Positions 8,631 to 18,452 of a stretch of DNA of 64,000 bases are shown in pieces. The translations under genes and the position numbers were made by a program. A model generated the notes under the pieces. The model was not told the DNA's origin, made no database searches, and saw only the letters and a list, made by a program, of their open reading frames with translations. The DNA lies in the NCBI GenBank assembly GCA_027887005.1, contig JAPCJI010000008.1:2162-66161 (forward strand), read 5' to 3'. Within the stretch, counting starts at the first letter, position 1, and each line of letters begins with the position of its first letter. Source of the stretch: Nitrososphaerota archaeon (lineage in GTDB: Archaea > Thermoproteota > Nitrososphaeria > Nitrososphaerales > Gagatemarchaeaceae).

Positions 8631-9542
8631 GTGGACAGAATCTACTCCACCAAGCTCGCCGACCGAGTCTACATGCTGGACACCTACGCGCTCGGCCAGC
8701 CGAAGACTGTCGCCGCCTACGTCATCAAGGGCCCGAAGGTCGCCCTGGTCGACTGCGGCTACGCTTCGTCCTATGAGAGTGTGCTCGAGGGACTGGCAGA
8801 GATCGGGGTCGCGCCGTCGGATGTGCGGTACCTAATCCCTACGCACGTGCATCTGGACCATTCTGGCGCAGCGGGGCGCCTGCTCAGGGACATGCCGAAC
8901 GCAGAGGTCATAGCTCATCAAAAGGCCGTCCCCCACCTTGTCGACCCAACGAAACTGATGGAGAGTGCAACGAAGGTCTTTGGCGAGGTGATCATGCAGC
9001 TCTACGGTGCGCCCGAGCCAATCCAGATGGGGAGGATCACGGCGGTCGACACGGAGGCCCACCTGGACCTGGGAGATGGGATGACTGCGACCCTGGTCCA
9101 CAGCCCCGGCCATGCTCCCCATCAGATTTCGGTGATGCTGGATGAGAGCAAGGACCTACTGACGGCGGACGCGGTCGGCATAGTCTATCCTGAGCTGAGC
9201 ACCGTGATTCCGACGACCCCTCCCCCGAGCTTCGACCCAGACCGGCTCGTATCGAGTGTGAGGTCCCTAGAGCTGATGGGCCCGGTCAGGCTTCTGACCC
9301 CTCACTTCGGACCCAGGTCGGACGTGGCCTATGTTTTCGAGAACACCAAGGAGAAGGTGATGCGGTGGGTGAGGGATGTGGGGGACATGAGAGGAAGGGG
9401 CGCGAGCGTCGACGACGCGGCGGTAGCCATGGAACTGAGGGTCTCGGCGGAGACCGGCGTAAAGGACCTGCCGATCTACGTGAAGGTCTCAATCAGGACC
9501 TCCGTGATGGGGATCATGCAGTATCTTAACAGGAAAACTTGA
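8631..9542 (+). CDS. MBL-fold metallo-hydrolase
   Basis: THVHLDHSG (HxHxDH) and HSPGHAPH. The GTG start directly abuts the preceding stop codon. Confidence 0.75.
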   Translation: MDRIYSTKLADRVYMLDTYALGQPKTVAAYVIKGPKVALVDCGYASSYESVLEGLAEIGVAPSDVRYLIPTHVHLDHSGAAGRLLRDMPNAEVIAHQKAVPHLVDPTKLMESATKVFGEVIMQLYGAPEPIQMGRITAVDTEAHLDLGDGMTATLVHSPGHAPHQISVMLDESKDLLTADAVGIVYPELSTVIPTTPPPSFDPDRLVSSVRSLELMGPVRLLTPHFGPRSDVAYVFENTKEKVMRWVRDVGDMRGRGASVDDAAVAMELRVSAETGVKDLPIYVKVSIRTSVMGIMQYLNRKT

Positions 9543-9567
9543 ATATTCAGAAAGGGCGTTCGTTTTC

Positions 9568-10422
9568 ATGCCCGTCGTCTACGCTTGCATAGCGCCGCAC
9601 GGGGGGGAGACTATCCCTTCCCTGGCCGGGGAGTCCCTCAGGTTATTCGCGCCAACGAGGGAGGGGATGAGGACCCTTGCGCGGGGGATGACCGCGTCGG
9701 CTCCAGACACCCTAGTCATAGCAACCCCGCACAACCTGCGGCTCCAGAAGCACATCGGGGTGGTGATCTCCGAGAACACCTCAGGGAGGCTGGCGGAGGG
9801 CAAGGCAGAAGTCAAGCTCAGGGCGAAGTGCGACCTCGAGCTTGGAAGGGCGTTGATTGACCAGGCCGAGGCCATGGGGCTCCCCGTGGCAGGCGCAAAC
9901 TACGGCGGTCTCGAAGGCCCGTCATCAGACCTTGCCATGGACTGGGGAACATTGGTCCCTCTCTGGTTCTTCTTGAAGGGACGGAGACGCAAGAGTAGGG
10001 TCCTGATCGTCACCCCTTCGAGAGGGATACCCTTGAAGCAGAACTTCGACTTCGGGAGAGCGGTGGCCGAGGTCGCGGCTGAGACTACGAAGCGCATAGC
10101 CTTCGTGGCGAGTTCGGACCAGGCCCACGCTCATAGAGAGGACGGGCCCTACGGGTTCAGTCCGCGGGCCGAGGAATACGACCGGAAGGTGGTCGAGGCG
10201 GTCCGCCGGAATAGGCTGGATTCGATTCTGGACTTCGACCCGAGCCTCATCGAGGCAGCGAAACCTGACAGCTTTTGGCAAATGGCCATGCTTGCTGGGG
10301 TCCTGTCGATGGTCCCGATGGATGGCAGGGTCGTGTCCTACCAGGTCCCGACCTACTATGGGATGCTCTGTGCGAGGTTTTCGAGGCGCCCAAGTCCTGG
10401 GGACAGGGCGCCTAGCGCTTGA
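9568..10422 (+). CDS. LigB/Memo-like protein (class III extradiol dioxygenase subunit B fold), function unknown
   Basis: N-terminal CIAPHGG, plus TPHN and SSDQAHAH histidine clusters. Confidence 0.5.
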   Translation: MPVVYACIAPHGGETIPSLAGESLRLFAPTREGMRTLARGMTASAPDTLVIATPHNLRLQKHIGVVISENTSGRLAEGKAEVKLRAKCDLELGRALIDQAEAMGLPVAGANYGGLEGPSSDLAMDWGTLVPLWFFLKGRRRKSRVLIVTPSRGIPLKQNFDFGRAVAEVAAETTKRIAFVASSDQAHAHREDGPYGFSPRAEEYDRKVVEAVRRNRLDSILDFDPSLIEAAKPDSFWQMAMLAGVLSMVPMDGRVVSYQVPTYYGMLCARFSRRPSPGDRAPSA

Positions 10423-11116
10423 GGTGGTCGTAGACTTCGGCCAAGGACCCGATTCTTGGGCAGTCCACCCCAGTCTGGGTACCTTCCCTGTCGATTAGGA
10501 TTCCGTCGATTCCTGCGTTCCGCGCACCAACCACGTCGGATTCGTAGAGGTCGCCGACGTGAATGGTCTCTTCGGGCTGTACGCCCGACTGGCGCAGTGC
10601 TATCCGGAAAATCTCGGGGTGCGGCTTCGAATAGCCGACGACCCCGGATATGATAACGGTCCTGAGGTAGCGTGGAAGCCCTAGCGCGTCGACGGCCCTG
10701 CCCGTGTCGGGGGGAGCGTTGGAGACGAGCGCCATGATGTAGCCGTCCTTGGAGAGCCTCTCCAACAGAGGCAGCGCGTCGGAGTACAGCTCCAGGGGGA
10801 TCGTCTTCTCGAGCTCCGGCCACCTTTCGCCCGCTAGCCTCGCTATCCGCTCCGACTTTTCCGGAGCCCCCTTGGGGAAGAGGTCCAGGAAGACCTTCGC
10901 GTCCAGGTCCCTGTAGGCCCTGTCGGTCTGCTCAGGGTTCATCTTCCTGTTGCCATAGGTCGAAAGCCACCATGACTCGACCTTGAGGTAGGCGGTATGG
11001 ATTTGCTCGAGGCCAACCTCCATGCCTGCCTCGGCGAGGACGCTCCTGAACACCCTGTCTCTCCGCATGACGAGAAGGGTGCCTCCAAGGTCGAAGAAGA
11101 CTGCCTTTGTCCTCAT
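10412..11116 (-). CDS. HAD superfamily hydrolase (subfamily IA-like)
   Basis: FFDLGGTLL (motif I), VSNA (motif II) and HVGDLYESDVVGARNAG (motif IV). Confidence 0.75.
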   Translation of the reverse strand: MRTKAVFFDLGGTLLVMRRDRVFRSVLAEAGMEVGLEQIHTAYLKVESWWLSTYGNRKMNPEQTDRAYRDLDAKVFLDLFPKGAPEKSERIARLAGERWPELEKTIPLELYSDALPLLERLSKDGYIMALVSNAPPDTGRAVDALGLPRYLRTVIISGVVGYSKPHPEIFRIALRQSGVQPEETIHVGDLYESDVVGARNAGIDGILIDREGTQTGVDCPRIGSLAEVYDHLKR

Positions 11117-11159
11117 GGGTCTGGTTTTCGATTCCTGGGGCTAAATGGGTTTCCTGGCC

Positions 11160-11540
11160 CTAGAGGAAGAGGAGGCCGAGGGTGATCACAGAGAAGACGA
11201 TGGAAGTGATGCCGACGTACTTCCAGTCACGCTCGATGAGGTAGTACACCAGTGCCGCAATTATCCGGGCATATGGCGTCAGCATTAGGACGGCCACGCC
11301 GAGGGATGCGATTCCGGCGGGGTTTGCGCCGGAGAAGACCGAGGTGAGGCTATTCAATGCGAAGCCGAAGAAGTTTCCACCCTTCGCGAGCCATGCTGCC
11401 GATGGGACGGTCAGAGACGAGTCGCCTGTCTGCTGGTAGCTGAGCAGGATTCCCGCGGTTTCGAGGACGAGGCTGAGGCCGACTCCTGCTCGCAGAATCC
11501 AGCTTATTCCGACCTGGAGGGTCGTTCCTCGCGAACTCAA
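11160..11540 (-). CDS. DUF1634 membrane protein
   Basis: 126 aa with 4 hydrophobic segments. It lies directly downstream of a TauE/SafE gene, which is a common pairing. Confidence 0.55.
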   Translation of the reverse strand: MSSRGTTLQVGISWILRAGVGLSLVLETAGILLSYQQTGDSSLTVPSAAWLAKGGNFFGFALNSLTSVFSGANPAGIASLGVAVLMLTPYARIIAALVYYLIERDWKYVGITSIVFSVITLGLLFL

Positions 11541-11541
11541 T

Positions 11542-12375
11542 TCAGGCCGACACCCCCTTGAAGAGCATTTCGACGATCAGGATGACCAGCACCACCATGA
11601 ACAGCAGACGGACCGATCTGTTGGTCATCCTCGGGAGGACTCGCGCCCCGCCGAACGAACCAATCGTCGTCCCGATTGCCAGGACGGCCGCGAGGTTCAC
11701 GTAGACCAGGCCTGACCAGATGTACACCGAAGCACCTGCAAGGGCGGTCATGCCGATTATGAAATTGCTGGTCGCCGAGGCCACCTTGGTGGGCATTCCC
11801 ATCACGATCTCCTGGACCGAAGTCTTGAAGGCCCCGGCACCGATTCCGAGCATCCCAGCTGCTATCCCTGCGACGACCATACCGGGGGCCGCCAAGAGAG
11901 GTCGAGTCAGCGAATAGGTAACCTGGGTTCCGCTCTGCTTGTCGAAGTAGGTCCCTTCGAGCTTCAGGGACCTCGCAAGACTGTCGGGCTGGACGGCGAC
12001 GGCCCGTCCTCCTTTCCTGCTGAAAATCCCGTAGAAGGACGTGAGGAGGAAAGCGGCGAAGAAGAAGTAGAGGTAGCGCGTCTGGCCGTTGACTAGGTAG
12101 CTGGTTACCACTGCGCCGATGATGGCGCCCACCGCAGTGAAGATCTCGAGGTAGAAGGCGGCCCTGATGTTGGAGAGGCCATCCCTGACGTAGGACGACG
12201 CCGAGCCGCTCGAGGTCGCGACTATGGCGACCATGCTTGCGCCGATGGCATATTGAATCGGGACCCCGAAGAAGACCAGGACCGGCGTAAGGATCAGAGA
12301 GCCGCCGATCCCGACTATGGAGCCCACGAGGCCTGCGAAGACTGCGAAGACGAGGGCCTCGAGTATTCCTATCAA
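11542..12375 (-). CDS. TauE/SafE (DUF81) family anion exporter
   Basis: 277 aa with about 8 TM segments and duplicated GIGGG-like motifs (GIGGSLILTP, GIGAGAF). Confidence 0.75.
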   Translation of the reverse strand: MIGILEALVFAVFAGLVGSIVGIGGSLILTPVLVFFGVPIQYAIGASMVAIVATSSGSASSYVRDGLSNIRAAFYLEIFTAVGAIIGAVVTSYLVNGQTRYLYFFFAAFLLTSFYGIFSRKGGRAVAVQPDSLARSLKLEGTYFDKQSGTQVTYSLTRPLLAAPGMVVAGIAAGMLGIGAGAFKTSVQEIVMGMPTKVASATSNFIIGMTALAGASVYIWSGLVYVNLAAVLAIGTTIGSFGGARVLPRMTNRSVRLLFMVVLVILIVEMLFKGVSA

Positions 12376-12425
12376 TGGCTACTCCCGCTTTGAAGTTCGA
12401 TGTAGGCTATTTCAAAGTGCCCGCT

Positions 12426-13619
12426 TCAAGCTTCTTCGAGGGCGGAGACGATCTTCCGATGGGAAGCGTCGATGCCTTCGACTCCGGTGTTGAGGATGAT
12501 GCAGGGTACCTTCCAGTTCTCGAACATCTCCCTGAAGAAGGCGGCCTGCCTCTCGTTGTCGAGCTCCAGCAGGTAGGGGTTGTACCAGGGTTCGTTCGAA
12601 ATCGTCCCCCACTTCTCCTTGGGGCCGGCGCCAGGGAGAATCATATACTCCCCTTTCTGCAGGGTGGCGATTGCCTGATCGGGGGTCAGTGCCTCCTCTG
12701 CCGGGCTGTGGTCGTCCCTCCTCAGCAGGACCACGAGGTTGACAGGGACTTCGTCCACCACCTTTCCAGGGCCGAGGATTGCCTCTCTTTCGACCAGGAC
12801 TCGCGAGTTTCCAAAGGAGTAGTAGCACCAGTTCATCCCGTCGTTGAAAACGCATCTCTTGCCTGTCACTGAACAGTGGTCGGGCCCCTCCGGGTACTCG
12901 CAGTCCTCCTTCCGCATGGTCACGTTCTCGTTCATGGACCTGTCGAAGACACCCCGCAGCCAAGGCTGCTCCTTTTGGGATTCTGACCTCATGTAGAGGG
13001 CCCGCTCTGGCTGCCTGGCGACGAGGGGGGCCGACGGGCGTGGAGGCGCGGGGTCGGGGAAGGACACGTAGGCCCAGTCGTCTCCGCAGATCTTGCCCTC
13101 CTTGTTGAGGAATATCCTGAACGATTGGGTCGTCTTCCCGGTGCCAGTCGGGGCGATAATCACGACACCCTTTCCCTTGTAGAGGGCAGTGGCTCCGTGG
13201 ATTGACAGGGTGTTGAAACTCTTCTCCAGTATCGCTGCGGCGATTCCCAGAGCCCAGGATTTGCACTGGCCGTAGTATTCCGTGTTCAGGAAGAGGGCAG
13301 TGTGGAGCTCAGGGCAGTACTGGGCGGAAGGATCGGCTCCTTCGACCCCGGTGACGGAATAGATCTGCGCCTGGGAGGCAAGGCCGTCCGCAGCGGGCCA
13401 CCAATTCTTTCCCCAGAAGGCGGCCTGGTGGTCGCTGTTGGTGATGAGCTCGACAACGATCCCGTTCAGGTTGGCCTTCAACGACATCGCCTGCGATCGG
13501 TCCAGGGTATCCTTCGCCTTTCTGAGCAGGGGGAGGAATTCGGCTTTCGGGGCGTTCTTGTTCCCCTTCACCCGAGACCTGGACTGCGTGATGTAGTTGT
13601 GCAGACCCGGGGCGGACAT
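12426..13619 (-). CDS. HPr-kinase / PEPCK-superfamily P-loop protein of unknown function
   Basis: IHGATALYKGKGVVIIAPTGTGKTT followed by GDDWAYV. This mirrors the HprK C-domain and PEPCK kinase-1a / GDD motifs. Confidence 0.55.
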   Translation of the reverse strand: MSAPGLHNYITQSRSRVKGNKNAPKAEFLPLLRKAKDTLDRSQAMSLKANLNGIVVELITNSDHQAAFWGKNWWPAADGLASQAQIYSVTGVEGADPSAQYCPELHTALFLNTEYYGQCKSWALGIAAAILEKSFNTLSIHGATALYKGKGVVIIAPTGTGKTTQSFRIFLNKEGKICGDDWAYVSFPDPAPPRPSAPLVARQPERALYMRSESQKEQPWLRGVFDRSMNENVTMRKEDCEYPEGPDHCSVTGKRCVFNDGMNWCYYSFGNSRVLVEREAILGPGKVVDEVPVNLVVLLRRDDHSPAEEALTPDQAIATLQKGEYMILPGAGPKEKWGTISNEPWYNPYLLELDNERQAAFFREMFENWKVPCIILNTGVEGIDASHRKIVSALEEA

Positions 13620-13803
13620 GGAAACGATTCCGACGAGGCCGAGCTTGTGGCCTTAAAACAATTCGTGGGTTCTGGGAAGTGTATCCAGCTGTCGAAGTCG
13701 CTCGATGAATCTTCGAGGCGTGGTCGGCTTTATTACAACCCCGGGCCCCAGGCCCGCTGTGAAGAGTTCGGGTCTTCTCCGCCAAAGCGAGCAGCCCGCG
13801 AGG

Positions 13804-14052
13804 ATGGGGAGACCCTGGCCTGTGGCGCCGGTAGTGGCCACCATATTGGTAATCATAGCCTGGCTAGTCTTCATACTCCTCTACGCCCTTTATTGGTCGA
13901 ACGGGTACAGCCTGTTTCAGAACGTCATCGTCACCATAGTTTCGCTGGTCATCACAGCCCTGCTGGTAAGCGTGGGATGGGTCATCTGGGGCTCCAGGCA
14001 CCACTGGGATTTTGCGGAATACGGTTGGGAATCCCAACACAAGAAAGAGTAG
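13804..14052 (+). CDS. small two-TM membrane protein, hypothetical
   Basis: Internal ATG (MGRPWPVAPVVATILVIIAWLVFILLY...) downstream of an AT-rich box at about 13727-13741. Confidence 0.4.
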   Translation: MGRPWPVAPVVATILVIIAWLVFILLYALYWSNGYSLFQNVIVTIVSLVITALLVSVGWVIWGSRHHWDFAEYGWESQHKKE

Positions 14053-14165
14053 TCTTCTGAAGGTCGGGGAAGCCACTCGTCCTCCAGCTTGCGGGCTGCG
14101 TTGCATGTCGCGCACGGTCGCCTTCAGTCAAACGTAAAAACCCACTCCAGAGGGGACTGTCTGCG

Positions 14166-15302
14166 TTGATAGGGGGGGTCGCGAAGGAGACAGTAGAAGG
14201 CGAGAAGCGGGTCGCTCTGACACCAGAATCTGTTCCGAAGATCAAGCAGATGACCGTGGCAGTCGAGAAGGGCGCCGGAGGTGCCGCGGGCTTCTCAGAT
14301 TCCGCCTACGAAGAAGCCGGGGCGCGGGTAGTCCCCGACTCGAAGGCACTCTATCAAGAAGCGGACTTGATAATGAAAATCAGGCCGCCCTCCCCGGGAG
14401 AAGCCGTCCTGTTCAGGGATGGGAGCGCCCTGATCTCATATCTCTATCCGCTCAACAATCTGGAGGCGATGAAGATGCTTGCCGAGAGACGGGTCACTGC
14501 GTTCGCTCTCGACTTGCTGCCCCGCATCAGCCGCGCTCAGTCCATGGACACCCTTTCTTCCCAGGCTAACCTGGCAGGATACAGGGCGGTCACCCTTGCC
14601 GCGGATTCACTCCCGAAGCTCTTCCCCCTGATGATGACTGCCGCTGGTACCATAGCACCGGCCAGGGTCTTCGTCCTTGGGGCGGGGGTCTCAGGGCTCC
14701 AGGCGATCGCCACTGCCCACAGGTTGGGGGCTGTGGTCGAGGCATACGATGTGCGGCCGACGGTGAAGGAGCAGATCGAAAGCCTTGGCGCGAAGTTCGT
14801 CGAGCTCCCCATCCAGGCCCAGGATGCCCAGACCGCTGGAGGATACGCGAAGGCCCAGAGCGATGAATTCTACAGGAAGCAGCAGGAGCTCCTGGCCGAG
14901 CACACCAGGACGGCTGACGTGGTCATAGCCACCGCCCTCGTGCCTGGGAAGAAGGCCCCGAACCTAATCTCCGAGGAAGCGGTCAAGGGGATGCGCCCAG
15001 GCTCGGTTATCATCGACCTGGCAGCCGAGCAGGGGGGGAATTGCTCGCTGACTGAACCCGGAAAGACCGTCGTGAAGTATGGAGTGATCATCAAGGGCCC
15101 TCTGGATGTCCCGTCGACCATGGCTCCCCAAGCCAGCCAGCTCTTCTCCAGGAACGTCACCGCTTTCCTGGGAGCATTGGTGAAGGATGGAGCTTTGAAC
15201 CTGGACATGAAAGACCAGGTCGTCAGGGACCCCATGGTGCTCCTCAAGGGGGAGGTCGTCTACGGTCCGTTGAAGGAGGCATTGGCGGGGAGTAAGCAAT
15301 GA
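14166..15302 (+). CDS. pntAA: NAD(P) transhydrogenase subunit alpha part 1 (dI)
   Basis: 378 aa. KETVEGEKRVALTP, the Rossmann motif VLGAGVSGLQAIATA and an alanine-dehydrogenase-like fold. TTG start. Confidence 0.85.
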   Translation: MIGGVAKETVEGEKRVALTPESVPKIKQMTVAVEKGAGGAAGFSDSAYEEAGARVVPDSKALYQEADLIMKIRPPSPGEAVLFRDGSALISYLYPLNNLEAMKMLAERRVTAFALDLLPRISRAQSMDTLSSQANLAGYRAVTLAADSLPKLFPLMMTAAGTIAPARVFVLGAGVSGLQAIATAHRLGAVVEAYDVRPTVKEQIESLGAKFVELPIQAQDAQTAGGYAKAQSDEFYRKQQELLAEHTRTADVVIATALVPGKKAPNLISEEAVKGMRPGSVIIDLAAEQGGNCSLTEPGKTVVKYGVIIKGPLDVPSTMAPQASQLFSRNVTAFLGALVKDGALNLDMKDQVVRDPMVLLKGEVVYGPLKEALAGSKQ

Positions 15303-15604
15303 CGCCCCTCACCTCCGCGGACCTTGAGGTTGACCTGCTGATCTTCCTCCTCTCGACCCTCCTTGGGCAGGAGCTCATCAGGCATGTTTCGCGCCTTCTC
15401 CACACTCCCCTGATGGCCCTGACCAATGCAATCTCATCAGTCTCGTTCGTGGCTGCCCTGATCGTGCTTTCGGAGCCTGGCAGCGAGTTGGTCTCGCTCT
15501 TGGCCGGGGTCGCGGTGGCACTGGCGGCGACGAACATCGTGAGTGGGTTCCTGATCACCGACCGGATCCTGAGGCTCTTCGAGAGGAGGAAGCCGAAGAA
15601 ATGA
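15299..15604 (+). CDS. pntAB: NAD(P) transhydrogenase subunit alpha part 2 (membrane)
   Basis: 101 aa, hydrophobic. Start overlaps the stop of pntAA. Confidence 0.8.
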   Translation: MTPLTSADLEVDLLIFLLSTLLGQELIRHVSRLLHTPLMALTNAISSVSFVAALIVLSEPGSELVSLLAGVAVALAATNIVSGFLITDRILRLFERRKPKK

Positions 15605-16989
15605 GCGACCTTCTGGTTGAGTACCTGTACATCGTGTCCGCTGTGCTCTTCGTGCTTTCGCTGAAGTTCATGAGCGAGGTCAGGACCTCCCGGCTGGGAA
15701 ACTTCTGCGGCGTCGCTGGCATGGGTCTGGCTGTGGTGGCGACCCTGGGCGCCTTCCAGGTCGGACGCGTGGACCTTCTGGTGGGAGGGGTAATCATCGG
15801 AGCCGCCCTCGGGGCCCCCATAGGCCTCAAGGTGGCGATGACGGCCGTGCCGCAGAGGACGGCCATGTCCCACGCGTTCGGGTCGCTCGCGGTAGCCCTG
15901 GTCGGGGCGGCAGAGTACTACCAGGGAGCCCCTGCGATTGACACGTTCACGCTTTCTGTGCTTTCAGCGGAGATGATCCTCGGCTTCCTGACCTTCACGG
16001 GAAGCTGCCTGGCCTTTGCGAAGCTCCAGGGGTTGATCACCGGCAGGCCAATCCTGTTCCGTGGGAGGACTGTAGTCAGCCTCACGACCCTTGGCGCTGC
16101 CGTCGCTTCAGGTGTGCTCCTCGTCGCCTACCCAGGTCAAGAGTACCTCCTCCCTGTGATGGCCGCCCTGGCGCTCCTCTTCGGCTTCCAGCTCGTGGTC
16201 GCCATTGGTGGGGCGGACATGCCCACGGTCATCGCGATCCTCAACTCGTTCGCGGGGCTTTCGGCGGCCGCCCTGGGATTCGTCCTAAACAACAAGCTGC
16301 TCATTGTTGCTGGGTCCCTCGACGGGTCGTCGGGGCTGATCCTCGCCCTGATCATGAGCAAGGCCATGAACCGGTCCTTCGTGAACATACTCTTCGCCGG
16401 GGTCGGGGCGCACCCGGTAGCAGCCGCGGTCCAGCCAGGAGAGCAAGGCAGGACCGCCCAGACCTACACCGTCGAGGACGTGGCGACCATCCTGGCGAAC
16501 GCCCAGCGGGTGGTCTTCGCCCCCGGGTACGGCCTCGCGGTGGCCCAGGCCCAGCACGTGGTCAAGGAGCTGGCTGACGTCCTGCAGGCGAGGGGGGTCG
16601 ATGTGAAGTACGCCATACACCCGGTGGCCGGGCGCATGCCGGGGCACATGAACGTCCTGCTGGCGGAGGCCCAGGTCCCCTACGAGCAGCTCTGGGAGAT
16701 GGACCGGATCAACCCGCTCTTCCCCGAGACGGACGTGGTCATGGTAGTCGGGGCGAACGACGTCACGAACCCCGCGGCGAGGACGAGGGCCGACTCGCCC
16801 CTGTACGGAATGCCGATTCTGGACGTGGACAAGGCGAAGACGGTCGTATTCATCAAGCGGTCCATGGGGGCGGGCTTCTCGGGAGTCGAGAACGACCTAT
16901 TCTACAACCCCAACACGATGATGGTCCTCGGGGACGCGAAGAAGGTGGTCGGGGAGCTCGTCTCAGCGATGAGGAAGCAGAGCACCTAG
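15601..16989 (+). CDS. pntB: NAD(P) transhydrogenase subunit beta
   Basis: 462 aa. Membrane dII domain plus a C-terminal dIII domain (GYGLAVAQAQ, YAIHPVAGRMPGHMNVLLAEA, GANDVTNP). Confidence 0.9.
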   Translation: MSDLLVEYLYIVSAVLFVLSLKFMSEVRTSRLGNFCGVAGMGLAVVATLGAFQVGRVDLLVGGVIIGAALGAPIGLKVAMTAVPQRTAMSHAFGSLAVALVGAAEYYQGAPAIDTFTLSVLSAEMILGFLTFTGSCLAFAKLQGLITGRPILFRGRTVVSLTTLGAAVASGVLLVAYPGQEYLLPVMAALALLFGFQLVVAIGGADMPTVIAILNSFAGLSAAALGFVLNNKLLIVAGSLDGSSGLILALIMSKAMNRSFVNILFAGVGAHPVAAAVQPGEQGRTAQTYTVEDVATILANAQRVVFAPGYGLAVAQAQHVVKELADVLQARGVDVKYAIHPVAGRMPGHMNVLLAEAQVPYEQLWEMDRINPLFPETDVVMVVGANDVTNPAARTRADSPLYGMPILDVDKAKTVVFIKRSMGAGFSGVENDLFYNPNTMMVLGDAKKVVGELVSAMRKQST

Positions 16990-17024
16990 ACTTCCCACAC
17001 TGGGACGGCGGGAATGTGACGCAG

Positions 17025-17570
17025 TCACTCTTGCTGGACATACGGTCTGATGAGTTCCGCTTCTGACAGTGGCTGTCTCTTGAACCAGACCACCTCGATT
17101 ACACCAAAGGTCTTCTTCAGGCCGTCCTGTATTTTGGCCATCAACGCCTGAACGTCTTCTCGTGACATCTTCTCGCCCTGCTCCTTGTGCGAACGGAGTT
17201 CCATTATGGTTTCGTTTATGGACGAGATCAATTCGATAGGCCCGACGTGGCTAGCGTTTTCCCTCGCCATCTTCAGACACGAGGAGATGGATGAGCTAGT
17301 TTCCTGCCACATGAGCATGATCAGCGCTTCATGGGGGGTCTTTGAGCTCAAGCCCCAGGCGGATGAGATCCTTTCCAAGGCCTGATAGAACCCCTTTTCG
17401 GTACTGGAAGTTGAGAGGAGTGCGGCTGCGTCCAGAGCCCTACAGATGTTTTCCGCACGCTCCAGCCATCGCCCCATCCAGATTAGGTTGTAGACCCGCG
17501 AATCCGTTAGCCACCTGTCCTTGGCAAAGACGACAGAACGAGGGTCTTCCGATGGCTTCGCGCCAGCCAT
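17025..17570 (-). CDS. short alpha-E domain protein (DUF403-like)
   Basis: YNLIWMGRWLERAENICRALD is the hallmark alpha-E N-terminal motif. At 181 aa it is shorter than the usual ~300 aa. Confidence 0.65.
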   Translation of the reverse strand: MAGAKPSEDPRSVVFAKDRWLTDSRVYNLIWMGRWLERAENICRALDAAALLSTSSTEKGFYQALERISSAWGLSSKTPHEALIMLMWQETSSSISSCLKMARENASHVGPIELISSINETIMELRSHKEQGEKMSREDVQALMAKIQDGLKKTFGVIEVVWFKRQPLSEAELIRPYVQQE

Positions 17571-17591
17571 GAGGTTATTCGGACACTACGG

Positions 17592-18452
17592 CTAATATGT
17601 GTTTGTCCTGGTCGCAGAAGCGAAGACTCGACTCAACCCTCCCGTGCCAGTCGACAGGAAGGTTCCGTTGACTGGTGAGACATCGGTATAGTCTCGCCCC
17701 ACAGCTAGTTTCAGGTAGTTTGTTCCTGCGTCGATCATTATTGCCTTCGTTGGGTCGGCCGGCAGCCACCCACATTGTGGATGGAGAAACTCAAGGTACG
17801 CATGGGTGTCACCATCCTGGCCCGTTAGGATGCAGCTCACGTAACGGGAAGGTATCCACAGCGACCTAAGGATGCCCAACGCCAAGTGGACCTTATCCTG
17901 GCAGACACCCCTGCCGTTGGCTAGCACCTGGTGTGCTTCCGTTAGGACAGTAGTAGTGCCCTTCTCGTACTTGATGTTGTCATGCACCCACTGGGTTATC
18001 TTTCCGACAGTATCCAGGAGGCTGTCAGAATCCCCCGCAATTTTCACGGCTAGGTCACGCAGGAGTAAGGGCTTCACCAGGGGCGAGGGGGAGAGAAAGT
18101 TCGTCACGTCCTGGTTGAAGTTCATGTTCTGTAGCTGTGCGTCGGGATACGGTCCGTGCCAGGGTGCAAGCCTGAATTCTCCCTGTGAGACGATGCTCAG
18201 TTCCTTGTGCCTGGTCGTCACCTTGATGCGCCGGACGATGTTGCCGTAGTCGTCGCTGAATTCTACGTATGCGGAGGGCGGAGAGGTCACCACATCGTAG
18301 CTATCGAGGAAAGTGTGGTCGTCCATGTGCGGTATGACGCGCAGGAAATCGTCGTTCTGAAGCACGTAATCCGAGTACCGGTAGACCGTTTCGTACTTGT
18401 ACCGTCCAGCGAACTCGGTCTGGCCTATTTGAGAACCCATGTTGGCTTGCAC
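17592..18452 (-). CDS. transglutaminase-like cysteine peptidase with Bact_transglu_N-type N-domain
   Basis: Candidate Cys-His-Asp triad: GRGVCQDKVH, DTHAYLEF and WLPADPT. Confidence 0.8.
   Translation of the reverse strand: MQANMGSQIGQTEFAGRYKYETVYRYSDYVLQNDDFLRVIPHMDDHTFLDSYDVVTSPPSAYVEFSDDYGNIVRRIKVTTRHKELSIVSQGEFRLAPWHGPYPDAQLQNMNFNQDVTNFLSPSPLVKPLLLRDLAVKIAGDSDSLLDTVGKITQWVHDNIKYEKGTTTVLTEAHQVLANGRGVCQDKVHLALGILRSLWIPSRYVSCILTGQDGDTHAYLEFLHPQCGWLPADPTKAIMIDAGTNYLKLAVGRDYTDVSPVNGTFLSTGTGGLSRVFASATRTNTY

Noticed and set aside
17006-17019. cggcgggaatgtga, resembling the 22.3-kb tRNA-Glu 3' copy with a 1-nt gap
   Set aside because: It is too degenerate to call as a repeat by itself. I note it only because it coincides with the compositional boundary.
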